A program made the position numbers and the translations under genes. Under the pieces are notes generated by a model. That model did not search any database and was not told where the DNA came from. It saw nothing but the letters and a program-made list of their open reading frames with translations. DNA of 32,000 nt from Candidatus Saganbacteria bacterium (GTDB lineage: Bacteria; Margulisbacteria; WOR-1; JAKLHX01), in assembly GCA_026387835.1 (NCBI GenBank), contig JAPLKZ010000007.1, positions 65,284 through 97,283 on the forward strand. Direction: 5' to 3'. Within the stretch, counting starts at the first letter, position 1; each line of letters begins with the position of its first letter. Of this stretch, positions 1-9,753 are shown one piece after another.

Positions 1-315
1 GCAGGCCTGTCAGATACTTTTATTGGCGGAGTATCCTCGGCAATCACGGAGATCGGTTTTCTTAAAAAGAAATATTATATCTATGAGCCGGAGGAAAATG
101 GCAATGATTTCTCAATTGAAAGTGCGCCAAACATGTTCCAAAAACTTAACATCGCAAGAACAATCGATGAATTAAGCGATAATCTTACCTCCGGCAGGCA
201 GGCGCTGGCCGCAGAGGGAGAATACTTCTTCGGGTTGAAGACAAACAACAAGCAGGAATATGAAGAGAAAGTCAAGTCTGCTTTTGCAAGGTGGACCGGT
301 GGAAATGAGCAATAA
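1..315 (+). CDS. C-terminal part of a protein truncated by the window edge; probable surface-carbohydrate glycosyl/glycerophosphotransferase-like protein
   Basis: Frame 1 is open from base 1 (AGLSDTFIGGVSSAITEIGFLKKKYYIYEP...) to TAA at 313-315. The 'IGGVSSAITEIGFLKKKYYIYEP' segment resembles 'IGGVTTVILDAILAGKFAIICKSP' in the next gene. Confidence 0.55.
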   Translation, partial: AGLSDTFIGGVSSAITEIGFLKKKYYIYEPEENGNDFSIESAPNMFQKLNIARTIDELSDNLTSGRQALAAEGEYFFGLKTNNKQEYEEKVKSAFARWTGGNEQ

Positions 316-2263
316 GAATATTAGCAACAAAAAACTGATCGTTCTTGGCAGAACTGCAAGCGAAGGCGACTGCAGGCGTATAGTTGCCGGTTGCGATGAT
401 GCGCTTATTTGCGACTTTTCGGAATATTATCAGATAAACCGTGACGAACTTTTAAAGCGCGCCAAAGAGGGCCTGCATATCGAACTTTCGGCAATATTTC
501 ACAAAGTGCAGGAGGATATGAGAGATAAATATCTTGACTTTATTGCTGATTGGCCCAATAAAGTATTATGGCGCGGGAAGGATTTTAAAGAGCTTTTTGC
601 CTGGAAGGGAATAAGCCTTTGGTGGTTCAGCGAGCCGGCGAGGAAGGTTATCGGGGAATACGGAGAATATTCAAAGATCTGCGAGATATTCACAATAAGA
701 GATATTATTAGTTCGTGCGGTATTGATAGCGTTCAATTAATTTCGTGCCCAAAAGCCTTTCGCCCCACGCTAAAGAAGATCTTTCCGAAAATAAGGATCT
801 CACATATTGGTCCCGCTAAGGAATGCGGACTATTAAAACATCTGCTCAGAAGAATAATAGTAATGTTTAATGCAATCCTCATAAAGTTCATTTTTAATGA
901 CAAAAGCAATAGATACGGAAAAGATAGGATCGGTATTATCTCATTCAATCTTTATAATTGGATAGAGAGCAATAAGGTGCCGGTAGACCGCCTGTACCAG
1001 GGACTTGTTGAAGACAAAAGCCTCGGGAATGTGTTTGACTGGATATTTGTCACATCCGCTAATATGGTCGATCTGATCCGCAAAAAAAAACTGAAGGATA
1101 CTTTGGGGCTTTTCAGAAGGATCAGGGACCATTATGGAAGATCATCATTAACATTCGTGGAAAACAAGATCGGTTTCAGCCAAATTGTATTACGGTTTGT
1201 CGATTGTTCCGCAATAATCAGATATTTGTTGCTGGCAAGAAAGAAAGAGTTTAGGGACAGCCTGACAATCGAAGGGGTCAACATATTTGATATTTTTCAT
1301 AATGCCTTTGTCAAATCATTTGTTGTGAATACATTTGAGTCCCAGATGTTGTCGGAATGTTTTTATCGCCTGAATAGGGACGTAAAACACGAGACATATG
1401 TAACTTATGCGGAATTCTTCCCGACCGGCAGGGCGGTGATACACGGGGTAAAGAGGGCTGATACAAAATCCAGGATAGTCTGGCATCAGCATTCTATGCA
1501 AACCAAAGGAAAGACAATGTTTATCAACAGGATCGGTGAAACAAATAAGTCCGGAAGTAAAAATTATGTGCAGTCTTTTCCGATAGCGGATAAATATCTG
1601 ATGTGGGGAAAGCAGGCAAGGTCGGTAGTCGCTCCGGGTTTTCCGGAGAGCAGGATAAAACTTATAGGGTCCTATAAGTATGTTGATAATTTCTATGCAA
1701 TTGCAAGCCATAAGGAGGAATCAAAAGGCGGTAAAAAAAAGATATTGATAGTGCCCTCAAATTACCGCAGGGACTGGCTTTTCCTGTTTAATATCATTTT
1801 TAACGCATTAAAAGATGCGGGAAATCAATATGATGTGAAGGTGACAAAACATCCGGCTGTCCAAAAAGAGATGTTCATTAACGATCTTAAGAGATTTAAA
1901 GGCGGGGTGGATGTTGTCTACAGGGACAGCACGTCAGATGCTCTTACAGAAGCGGATATAGTGATAGGAGGGGTCACTACGGTCATTCTCGACGCAATAC
2001 TGGCCGGGAAATTTGCTATTATATGTAAGAGTCCTAATGATATATACTATGGTATAGACAAGGATGATTTTCCGGAGAATTCGCAGGAGGTGGGAATAGC
2101 TTTTGTCTGCAATCATCAGGAACTGCGAAAAAGCCTGCAGGATTTTAGCAGCAGCGGAGTTGATGAGCTTATTAATAAAAGAAGAAAACTTGTTGACGAT
2201 ATTCTTGAATATCGCGGTCCGTTGGTGAAAGAAAAGTTTTGGGAAGAGGTAAGACAATACTAA
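305..2263 (+). CDS. Large surface-carbohydrate biosynthesis protein with a GT-B / CDP-glycerol-glycerophosphotransferase-like C-terminal half
   Basis: Open reading frame; likely ATG at 305 (MSNKNISNKKLIVLG), overlapping the upstream stop. C-terminal motifs VTKHPA and DIVIGGVTTVILDAILAGKFAIICKSPNDIYYG. Confidence 0.55.
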   Translation: MSNKNISNKKLIVLGRTASEGDCRRIVAGCDDALICDFSEYYQINRDELLKRAKEGLHIELSAIFHKVQEDMRDKYLDFIADWPNKVLWRGKDFKELFAWKGISLWWFSEPARKVIGEYGEYSKICEIFTIRDIISSCGIDSVQLISCPKAFRPTLKKIFPKIRISHIGPAKECGLLKHLLRRIIVMFNAILIKFIFNDKSNRYGKDRIGIISFNLYNWIESNKVPVDRLYQGLVEDKSLGNVFDWIFVTSANMVDLIRKKKLKDTLGLFRRIRDHYGRSSLTFVENKIGFSQIVLRFVDCSAIIRYLLLARKKEFRDSLTIEGVNIFDIFHNAFVKSFVVNTFESQMLSECFYRLNRDVKHETYVTYAEFFPTGRAVIHGVKRADTKSRIVWHQHSMQTKGKTMFINRIGETNKSGSKNYVQSFPIADKYLMWGKQARSVVAPGFPESRIKLIGSYKYVDNFYAIASHKEESKGGKKKILIVPSNYRRDWLFLFNIIFNALKDAGNQYDVKVTKHPAVQKEMFINDLKRFKGGVDVVYRDSTSDALTEADIVIGGVTTVILDAILAGKFAIICKSPNDIYYGIDKDDFPENSQEVGIAFVCNHQELRKSLQDFSSSGVDELINKRRKLVDDILEYRGPLVKEKFWEEVRQY

Positions 2264-2272
2264 TATATTAAC

Positions 2273-2818
2273 ATGCAACAAGAAAAAATAAGACTAAATA
2301 TAGGTTGCGGCAATGATATCAGGCCAGGTTATATCAATTGCGACAAAGTAGCAATAGAAGGGGTGGATAAAGCAGTTGATCTTGATGCTAGGCTGCCCTT
2401 TGAGGATAATAGTGTTAATGAAATAGTCCTCATCGATGTGCTTGAGCATGTTCAGGATTTTATAGGATCTATGGAAGAGCTTTGCAGGATCTTGGAAAAA
2501 AATGGGCGGCTTATTATACAGGTACCTTATTGGAATAGCTGGTGCGCCGTGGCCGATCCGACGCACAGGCGTGGTTTTCATGAAAAAGTATTCAATTTTT
2601 TTGATCCGGACAGGGAAGAATGCAGGGAAAGGCACTATTACACAAAAGCCAGGTTCAGGATTATTTCTTTAAATCCGGTTTTGTACCCGTTTTCACCATC
2701 CTTCAGATCCAAAAAAAGAGAAATAAAGAATAAATTATTGAAAAAGGCGGTGTTTTTTCTGGGCAACTATTTGAATAATATCATCATAGATCTGTCTGTG
2801 ATACTTGAAAAAGCATAA
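2273..2818 (+). CDS. Class I SAM-dependent methyltransferase
   Basis: Motif I LNIGCGNDIRPGYINCD, DVLEHVQD, GRLIIQVPYW. Confidence 0.8.
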   Translation: MQQEKIRLNIGCGNDIRPGYINCDKVAIEGVDKAVDLDARLPFEDNSVNEIVLIDVLEHVQDFIGSMEELCRILEKNGRLIIQVPYWNSWCAVADPTHRRGFHEKVFNFFDPDREECRERHYYTKARFRIISLNPVLYPFSPSFRSKKREIKNKLLKKAVFFLGNYLNNIIIDLSVILEKA

Positions 2819-2828
2819 GGAGAAGAAC

Positions 2829-3590
2829 ATGGAAAATCTGAAGAAGAGGCTTGGCGAAAAAAAACTGACGGTTGGAAGCTGGATCCAAATCCCGGATACA
2901 TTTACCGCGGAAATAATGGCAAAGTCAGGATTTGATTGGCTGGCGATCGACATGGAACATGGCTTGATAGATATGAAGGACGTTTTCAGGCTGATACAGG
3001 TGATTGATCTTGCAGGGTCGGTTCCCCTTGTGCGGCTCAATGTAAATGATGCCAGCACCATTAGGCGTGTGATGGACGCGGGAGCGGCCGGAGTGATCGT
3101 TCCTATGGTCAACTCTGCTGATGATGCCCAAAAAGCGGTTGAGGCCGTAAAATATCCCCCCCAAGGCAAGAGGAGCTTCGGTTTGGGCAGGGCGCATGGT
3201 TATGGCAGGAAATTTAAGGAATATATCTCGGCGTCAAACTCACGTAGCATTCTAGTGGTCCAGATAGAGCATATAGATGCAGTAAGGAATCTGGATGAAA
3301 TTTTAGAAATAAAGGGGATTGATGCGGTGATAATCGGTCCGTATGATCTTTCCGGCTCCATGGGTATCCCGGGGAAATTTAATGACACAAAGTTTATAAA
3401 AGTAATCGGAGAGATCAGCAAAAAGGTAAAGAGCAAAAAGATCGCGCTGGGATTCCATCTTGTTCAACCAGGCGCAGGAGAGCTCAATAAAAAGATAAAA
3501 GAGGGCTTCACTTTTATCGCTTATGGAATGGATACTATATATCTGTCAAACGCCCTGTCAAACGCGGTTAATGATATAAGAAAAGGATAA
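2829..3590 (+). CDS. HpcH/HpaI-family class II pyruvate aldolase
   Basis: ATG 2829 preceded by AAGGAG; FDWLAIDMEHG, VRLNVND, GVIVPMVNSADDA, VQIEH, GPYDLSGSMG are HpcH/HpaI signatures including catalytic His/Arg and metal Glu/Asp. Confidence 0.88.
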   Translation: MENLKKRLGEKKLTVGSWIQIPDTFTAEIMAKSGFDWLAIDMEHGLIDMKDVFRLIQVIDLAGSVPLVRLNVNDASTIRRVMDAGAAGVIVPMVNSADDAQKAVEAVKYPPQGKRSFGLGRAHGYGRKFKEYISASNSRSILVVQIEHIDAVRNLDEILEIKGIDAVIIGPYDLSGSMGIPGKFNDTKFIKVIGEISKKVKSKKIALGFHLVQPGAGELNKKIKEGFTFIAYGMDTIYLSNALSNAVNDIRKG

Positions 3591-3594
3591 TAGC

Positions 3595-4581
3595 GTGAAG
3601 GAATTTGATCTGATGCGGCCGAAGGGCGCCTACGAGGAGGTGCTTCTCCAAAGAGAGAAAGACGGCTTTGCTTTTTTCTCAAAGTATAAAGACAGTTTTA
3701 TCGATATAGATTGCCCTGCCTGCGGTGAAAGGGGTGAAAAAGCTTTTGAGAAATACGGTTTTACACATAAGATCTGCGATAAATGCAAGACCCTGTTCTG
3801 TTCTCCGAGGCCGAATGACGAGCTGTTAGGTGTTTATTATAATGAATATGAAGCGCCTAAAATGTGGACCAAACTGCTTGTAAAAGCGGATGCAAGCAGA
3901 AAGGCTCTCCAGTATGCTCCGCGCGCGGAAAAAATTGTTGATCTTATGAAAAAGCGCGGAAAAAACGGCGGCCTCGCTGTTGACATAGGTGCCGGATCGG
4001 GAGCCTTTTCTATAGCACTCAAAAATACCGGTTTCTTTTCAGATGTGATAACGCTTGATTTCTCAAAGGACTGTGTGGCTGAATGCAAAAGATCAGGGTT
4101 GAATGCACGCCTTGGCACAGTAACCGATCTTTCTGATTCATCTGCCAACCTCATCTGTATGAACGATCTTTTGGAACATCTGTTTGATCCGCTCACTTTT
4201 CTGAAAAAATGCGCGAATGCGCTTCGCCCGAAGGGTGTTGTCTCGATCGCCACGCCCAACGGGCAGGGTTTTGATTTTCAGATACTTAAGGAAAAGACCG
4301 GGAATATTACACCGCCGGAACACCTCAATTATTTCAATCCGGCCTCGCTGTCTATGCTGCTTAACAGGGCCGGGTTTGAAACGATATCTGCCGAAACGCC
4401 GGGGATACTTGATGTGGACATTATTTTGAACGGAAAAAAGGTCGGCTTTCCCCTCAAGCAAAAAAATGAATATCTTGACAGCCTTATGGTACAGGACGAG
4501 AGTATACGAAAAAAATTCCAGAAGTTTTTATCGGAGAACGGCTTGTCCAGCCATATGCTGGTAATGGCAAAGAAAAAATGA
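3595..4581 (+). CDS. Zinc-ribbon containing class I SAM methyltransferase (paralog A)
   Basis: Start GTG at 3595 is also possible in the track frame; N-terminal CPACG-X18-CDKCKTLFCSPRP, then VDIGAGSGAF, NDLLEHLFDP, PPEHLNYFNP. Confidence 0.82.
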   Translation: MKEFDLMRPKGAYEEVLLQREKDGFAFFSKYKDSFIDIDCPACGERGEKAFEKYGFTHKICDKCKTLFCSPRPNDELLGVYYNEYEAPKMWTKLLVKADASRKALQYAPRAEKIVDLMKKRGKNGGLAVDIGAGSGAFSIALKNTGFFSDVITLDFSKDCVAECKRSGLNARLGTVTDLSDSSANLICMNDLLEHLFDPLTFLKKCANALRPKGVVSIATPNGQGFDFQILKEKTGNITPPEHLNYFNPASLSMLLNRAGFETISAETPGILDVDIILNGKKVGFPLKQKNEYLDSLMVQDESIRKKFQKFLSENGLSSHMLVMAKKK

Positions 4582-4594
4582 AACTGAGATGTAA

Positions 4595-5371
4595 ATGAAT
4601 ATTATAGGAATAATTCCCGCGCGCATGGCGTCCAGCAGATTTCCCGGGAAACCACTGGCAAAGATACTTGGCATCCCGATGATCGGGCACGTGTACTTCA
4701 GGAGCAGGATGTGTAAGACGCTCAATGAAGTGTATGTGGCGACGTGCGATAAGGAAGTGTTTGAATATTGCAATTCCATTGGTGCAAAGGCTGTGATGAC
4801 CAAAGATACGCATGAGAGAGCCTCTGACCGCGCGGCCGAGGCGATGCTGAAGATAGAAAAGGAAACAGGGGAGAAGATCGATATCGTGGTGATGATACAG
4901 GGCGACGAGCCGATGCTGTATCCTGACATGATCGACGATGCTGTGAAGCCGCTCATAGACGACAAGAATATCTTTGTCTCCAACCTCATGGCGCCAATGA
5001 CAAAAGAAGAGCAGGAAGATCCCAATGAGGTCAAGGTGGTATGCGATAACGATAATTTTGCACTATATTTTTCGAGGGAGCCGATCCCTTCCTGGAAAAA
5101 AGGGGCAAAAGAAGTTCCGATGTTCAAACAGGTCTGCATAATCCCTTTCAGGAGGGATTTTCTTCTGAAATTCAACGAGCTTGTGCCAACTCCTCTTGAG
5201 ATAGTGGAATCGGTGGATATGCTTAGGGTGCTGGAGCATGGTTATAAGGTAAAAATGATCAGGAATGACAGGCAGACATACAGCGTTGACACGCAACAGG
5301 ACTTAAAAGATGTCGAGGAAGCGATGCGCCCTGACAGCCTGATAAAAAAATACAAAGGGCAGGGCAAATGA
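4595..5371 (+). CDS. KdsB-like CMP-acid (3-deoxy-manno-octulosonate-type) cytidylyltransferase, divergent
   Basis: IIPARMASSRFPGKPLAKILGIPMIGHVY, VVMIQGDEPML, DPNEVKVVCDNDNFALYFSREPIPS, VDTQQDL. Confidence 0.87.
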   Translation: MNIIGIIPARMASSRFPGKPLAKILGIPMIGHVYFRSRMCKTLNEVYVATCDKEVFEYCNSIGAKAVMTKDTHERASDRAAEAMLKIEKETGEKIDIVVMIQGDEPMLYPDMIDDAVKPLIDDKNIFVSNLMAPMTKEEQEDPNEVKVVCDNDNFALYFSREPIPSWKKGAKEVPMFKQVCIIPFRRDFLLKFNELVPTPLEIVESVDMLRVLEHGYKVKMIRNDRQTYSVDTQQDLKDVEEAMRPDSLIKKYKGQGK

Positions 5372-6354
5372 AAGAAGAAGAGATCAGAAAGCGCGACGTA
5401 TTTAACAAGTATCTTGAGCTGGTAAAGGAAGATATCGATACGATCTTCAAAGACAAGGGCGCGTTCATAGACGCGGCTTGTCCGGCCTGCGGCTCGGACG
5501 AGAACACCTTTCAATTTGAAAAATCCGGGTTTAAATACGTGCTTTGCAATAAATGCGGCACTTTGTTCGCCAACCCGAGGCCTACGCTGAAGGCGCTCAC
5601 GGATTTCTACTCGTCTTCAAAGTCCGGGGATTTCTGGGTAAAAGAGTTCTTTCTTCCAGTGGCGGAAGTGCGCAGGGAAAAATTATTCAAACCCAGGGCA
5701 GAACTTGTCAGCGGCAGGTTACAAGAGCCGGAAGGTTTTGTCGGGGATGTCGGGGCGGGTTTCGGTATCTTTCTTGAGGAACTTGGCAAGGTCTGGAAGA
5801 AAGCAAAAATGGCGGCTATCGAGCCTTCTATAGAAATGTCGGACATATGCACTAAAAAAGGCTTTACCGTGATACGCAATGCGGTAGAGGATGTCACGGG
5901 ATGGGACGGCAAATTCTCGGTCTTAACTGCATTTGAGCTGTTTGAGCACCTGCAGGACCCGGGTTCTTTTCTTGAAAAGATACACTCTCTTCTGTCCAAA
6001 GGCGGGCACCTGCTTCTTTCGACGCTGAATGGGGAGGGTTTTGACATTCAGATACTGTGGGAGCGCTCAAAGAGCGTCTCTCCCCCGCACCATCTCAACT
6101 TTTTCAACCCCGATTCAATGCGAATATTACTTGAAAAAAAAGGGTTTGCCGTTGAATCTATAACCACTCCAGGAAAACTGGACTGGGATATTGTTGAGGG
6201 AGCTTACCGGAAAGAAGGGCAGGATCCCGGAAGATTGTGGAAGCTTTTATCTCAAAAAGGCAATGAGCAGGCAAAAGAAAAACTCCAGGAATGGATAACA
6301 AAAAATAATTTTAGCTCCCACATGATGGCGATCGCTCGCAAAGGAAATCAATGA
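5368..6354 (+). CDS. Zinc-ribbon containing class I SAM methyltransferase (paralog B)
   Basis: [11 protein letters not shown]...[50 protein letters not shown]; colinear similarity with 3595..4581 and identical length. Confidence 0.82.
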   Translation: MKEEEIRKRDVFNKYLELVKEDIDTIFKDKGAFIDAACPACGSDENTFQFEKSGFKYVLCNKCGTLFANPRPTLKALTDFYSSSKSGDFWVKEFFLPVAEVRREKLFKPRAELVSGRLQEPEGFVGDVGAGFGIFLEELGKVWKKAKMAAIEPSIEMSDICTKKGFTVIRNAVEDVTGWDGKFSVLTAFELFEHLQDPGSFLEKIHSLLSKGGHLLLSTLNGEGFDIQILWERSKSVSPPHHLNFFNPDSMRILLEKKGFAVESITTPGKLDWDIVEGAYRKEGQDPGRLWKLLSQKGNEQAKEKLQEWITKNNFSSHMMAIARKGNQ

Positions 6355-6938
6355 AGATTATTTTTCAAATGTTTATTGAAGAGATCCTTGATGTTGTGCG
6401 TTTGTTGCTGCGCAATTATCCCGGCAGGATCGGGTATAAGTTAAGGCGGGAATACTGGAAAAGAGCCTTTCTGCATTGCGGATCAAAATTCAATATTGAT
6501 ATTGAAGGCATTATTTCCGGATCAAAAAATATTATTTTGAAGGATCACGTGACATTTAGCACAAGAGTCACTATAGATGCAAATCAAGCGAAACTAACAA
6601 TCGGAAACAGATTTAGTTGCAGCAATAATGTGTTTATGGGTGCTACTGGAGGAGAGATGATCATAGGAAATGATGTAATGATCGGCCCAAATGTGGTTCT
6701 GCGGGCATCAAATCATGTTTTTAACAGGACAGATATTCCCATGAGAGATCAGGGGCATTCGTTCGGCAAAATAATTATCGAGGACGATGTTTGGATAGGA
6801 GCCAACGCGGTCATTTTGCCGAATGTGACGATTGGTAAAGGTGCTATCATCGCGGCCGGCGCCGTAGTGACGAAGGATGTACCCCCGTATAGTATCGTTG
6901 CAGGTGTGCCGGCAAAAACGATAAAGAGCAGAAAATGA
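6351..6938 (+). CDS. Left-handed beta-helix (hexapeptide repeat) acyltransferase
   Basis: Repeats such as [66 protein letters not shown]. Confidence 0.92.
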   Translation: MKIIFQMFIEEILDVVRLLLRNYPGRIGYKLRREYWKRAFLHCGSKFNIDIEGIISGSKNIILKDHVTFSTRVTIDANQAKLTIGNRFSCSNNVFMGATGGEMIIGNDVMIGPNVVLRASNHVFNRTDIPMRDQGHSFGKIIIEDDVWIGANAVILPNVTIGKGAIIAAGAVVTKDVPPYSIVAGVPAKTIKSRK

Positions 6939-7864
6939 AAGTATTTATATCAACAACAACTTTCGCGGAGTATGAAGATCAGCCGCTTAAAATGTTAAAG
7001 GACCACGGTATGGAATTCCAGGTGAATCCGCTGCGCAAGAAGCTCTCTGGTGAAGAGCTGATATCTCTTGCTAAGGACGCGCAGGGTCTTATAGCGGGTA
7101 CTGAAGTCCTGACAGCGGAAGTGCTGAAGGAATTAAAAAGCTTAAAAGTGATCTCCCGCTGCGGTGCGGGACTTGATAATGTGGATCTAAAAGCCGCCAA
7201 AGGCCTCAATATCATGGTCTTTAATACGCCTGACGCGCCGACAGATGCAGTTGCTGAATTGACGCTGGGTCTCATGCTCGATTGCCTGCGCAAGATATCA
7301 GGAGCTGACAGGCAGATCAGGCATGGCAAATGGAATAAACCGATGGGAAATCTTTTAAAAGGCAAAAATGTCGGGATCATCGGATATGGAAGGATAGGAA
7401 AAGCGGTTGGACGCCTGGCAGAGGCCTTTGGCGCGAATGTTTCGGCATATGATGTTGCAAAAGATCCTGACGGCAAAAAATATCTTTCTTTTGATCAGTT
7501 GATCGCCGGTTCAGACATTATAAGTCTGCATGTCCCCGGCAGTAAAACAGGCCATTTGATACATGCAAAAGCTGTTTCAAATATGAAAAACGGCGCGTTT
7601 TTGATCAATGCTTCAAGGGGCGGTCTTGTGGACGAGGAGGCTCTTTATGAGGCTTTAAAGTCGGGAAAACTGGCGGGAGCAGGCATAGACACTTTTGAAA
7701 AGGAACCGTATCAAGGAAAACTCATTGAATTGGATAATGCGGTATTGACTTCTCACATAGGATCTTACGCGAAGGAGTCCAGGATAAATATGGAACAACA
7801 AGCGGTCGAAAATCTTATTCGTGGACTTGAGGAAGCTACTGCTAACGGGAGGAGCAATAAATGA
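6935..7864 (+). CDS. D-isomer-specific 2-hydroxyacid dehydrogenase (phosphoglycerate dehydrogenase-like)
   Basis: [54 protein letters not shown]. Confidence 0.9.
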   Translation: MKVFISTTTFAEYEDQPLKMLKDHGMEFQVNPLRKKLSGEELISLAKDAQGLIAGTEVLTAEVLKELKSLKVISRCGAGLDNVDLKAAKGLNIMVFNTPDAPTDAVAELTLGLMLDCLRKISGADRQIRHGKWNKPMGNLLKGKNVGIIGYGRIGKAVGRLAEAFGANVSAYDVAKDPDGKKYLSFDQLIAGSDIISLHVPGSKTGHLIHAKAVSNMKNGAFLINASRGGLVDEEALYEALKSGKLAGAGIDTFEKEPYQGKLIELDNAVLTSHIGSYAKESRINMEQQAVENLIRGLEEATANGRSNK

Positions 7865-8853
7865 TGACTGAAAAAGAATGTTATCAATTGTTCAAGAAAT
7901 ATGCAGAAAATTATAAGCCTTTTCAGTTTGATACTGCTAGAAATGATTTTCGTGCTGAATACAAAGGTAAAAATAATCTAATCATTTCGTTCTATAGATA
8001 TTTCAAAGTATTTTATGAGGTCTCTAAAATATGGGGGAAAAACAAATCAAAAGTCGTTGATTTTGGGGTTTTCCCCGGAGTTGTTCCGAAAATATTCCGA
8101 GATCTCTTTTTGAATGATAATTTTGACTATATCGGAGTTGGATTGGGTTTTACCGATGATTTTATTAAGGAGATGGAGAAATTAAAAATAAAGTTACATG
8201 AAACTGAGTTGGACCCATCTTATTTTATGCCTAAAAAAGTCAATCAACTGGATTGTTCTGACGCAGATATAGTTCTTTTTTTGGATGTTATAGAACATCT
8301 GGCTAATCCCACCAATGCGCTTGACGTTGCCAATCACTCCCTAAAAAAAGGCGGATGGCTTATTCTGACGACTGACAATATAACTAATGCGAATAATGCG
8401 ATCCTAATGTTGCTCGGGAAAACGCCATTGCCGCATCCGTTGTTAACAAACATGTATTTCATCGGAGATTGGCGCCCCCATTTCAGAGAATATTCTAAAG
8501 AAGATTTGATGTGGCTGTTACGGAACAGCGGTTTTGAAATTGAAAAACACGAGTATTTTGACAGAAAACAAGGCGAATATTATTTAAACAATGGAAGGAT
8601 AGAAAGACAACGCCAATCTGTTGATAACAGCAAAATAGACAGAAGGCTAAAAATTAAAATCATAAGGAACATTAAAAAAGCAGTAATGGCTTTGTTGAAA
8701 ATTGCATTTTCTTTCTCCCCTCATTTCCGCTCTCATCAAATTATTGTGGCCAGAAAGGTATTTGAAACAGGGGAAATGAAAAAGAAAAGGCCGGAAATGC
8801 AAACTTCGACCGAGGGATGGAATGCTGTCAGGCAAAAATATTTGGGTTATTAA
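7861..8853 (+). CDS. Class I SAM-dependent methyltransferase
   Basis: KVVDFGVFPGVVPKIFRDL, ADIVLFLDVIEHLANPTNAL, LKKGGWLILTTDN, FREYSKEDLMWLLRNSGFEI. Confidence 0.7.
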   Translation: MMTEKECYQLFKKYAENYKPFQFDTARNDFRAEYKGKNNLIISFYRYFKVFYEVSKIWGKNKSKVVDFGVFPGVVPKIFRDLFLNDNFDYIGVGLGFTDDFIKEMEKLKIKLHETELDPSYFMPKKVNQLDCSDADIVLFLDVIEHLANPTNALDVANHSLKKGGWLILTTDNITNANNAILMLLGKTPLPHPLLTNMYFIGDWRPHFREYSKEDLMWLLRNSGFEIEKHEYFDRKQGEYYLNNGRIERQRQSVDNSKIDRRLKIKIIRNIKKAVMALLKIAFSFSPHFRSHQIIVARKVFETGEMKKKRPEMQTSTEGWNAVRQKYLGY

Positions 8854-8886
8854 CCAAGAAAATTATATAGAACTGGAGGAAATAAT

Positions 8887-9753
8887 ATGAAAATCATAGT
8901 ATTCGGGGGCGCGGGTTTTTTGGGCAGCCACGTGGCGGACGCGCTGACAGAAAAAGGGCACAAAGTCACGGTATTTGACCTGATAAAGTCGCCTTATCTA
9001 AAAGAAGGCCAAAACAGCATCATAGGTGATGTCACTGATCCTGAATGCGTCAGCAAGGCGGTGGCGGGACAGGAGATCGTATATAACTTCGCGGGAATAG
9101 CGGACATGGACGCGGCAAAAATAAAACCGCTTGAAACAGTAAAGAATAACATATACGGAAACACCGTGCTTCTCGAGGCCTGCAGGAAATCAAAGGTCAA
9201 GAGGTTTGTCTTTGCCAGTACTCTTTATGTTTACAGCAAGGCGGGTTCTTTTTACAGGAGCAGCAAGCAGGCGAACGAGCTTTTGATAGAGAACTACCAC
9301 GATATCTATGGCCTCGATTTTACGATACTGAGATACGGATCGCTATACGGGCCAAGAGCGGATGAAAACAACTGGATACACAGGGTGGTAAATCAGGCGC
9401 TGAAAGAAAATAAGATCACCAGGCACGGCGACGGTGAGGAACTGCGCGAGTACATCCACGTGCTGGATGCTGCCAGGCTGAGCGCGGACATACTGTCAGA
9501 TGATTACAATAACCAGTACGTGATAATAGCCGGCCACCAGCAGATGAAGATAAAAGACCTTATGGTGATGATAAGGGAAATACTGAATAACAAGATAAAG
9601 CTCGAATACCTACCCGTCGATTCAACCGAGCACTACGAAATCACTCCGTATGTCTTCAGCCCGAAGATAGCAAAACGTATACAGAGCAATAATTATATTG
9701 ATCTGGGTCAGGGGATACTTGATCTCATCACAAGGATATATGCCGCAAAATGA
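8887..9753 (+). CDS. NAD-dependent epimerase/dehydratase (extended SDR)
   Basis: VFGGAGFLGSHVADAL; active-site YRSSK; LRYGSLYGPRADENNWI; GGAAATA ribosome-binding-like region upstream. Confidence 0.9.
   Translation: MKIIVFGGAGFLGSHVADALTEKGHKVTVFDLIKSPYLKEGQNSIIGDVTDPECVSKAVAGQEIVYNFAGIADMDAAKIKPLETVKNNIYGNTVLLEACRKSKVKRFVFASTLYVYSKAGSFYRSSKQANELLIENYHDIYGLDFTILRYGSLYGPRADENNWIHRVVNQALKENKITRHGDGEELREYIHVLDAARLSADILSDDYNNQYVIIAGHQQMKIKDLMVMIREILNNKIKLEYLPVDSTEHYEITPYVFSPKIAKRIQSNNYIDLGQGILDLITRIYAAK

Noticed and set aside
4528-5175. 215-aa minus-strand ORF opposite the cytidylyltransferase
   Set aside because: Fully overlapped by convincing plus-strand coding sequence; no recognisable motifs.
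5553-5777. 74-aa plus-strand ORF within the paralog B methyltransferase
   Set aside because: Alternative frame of a well-supported gene; no independent support.
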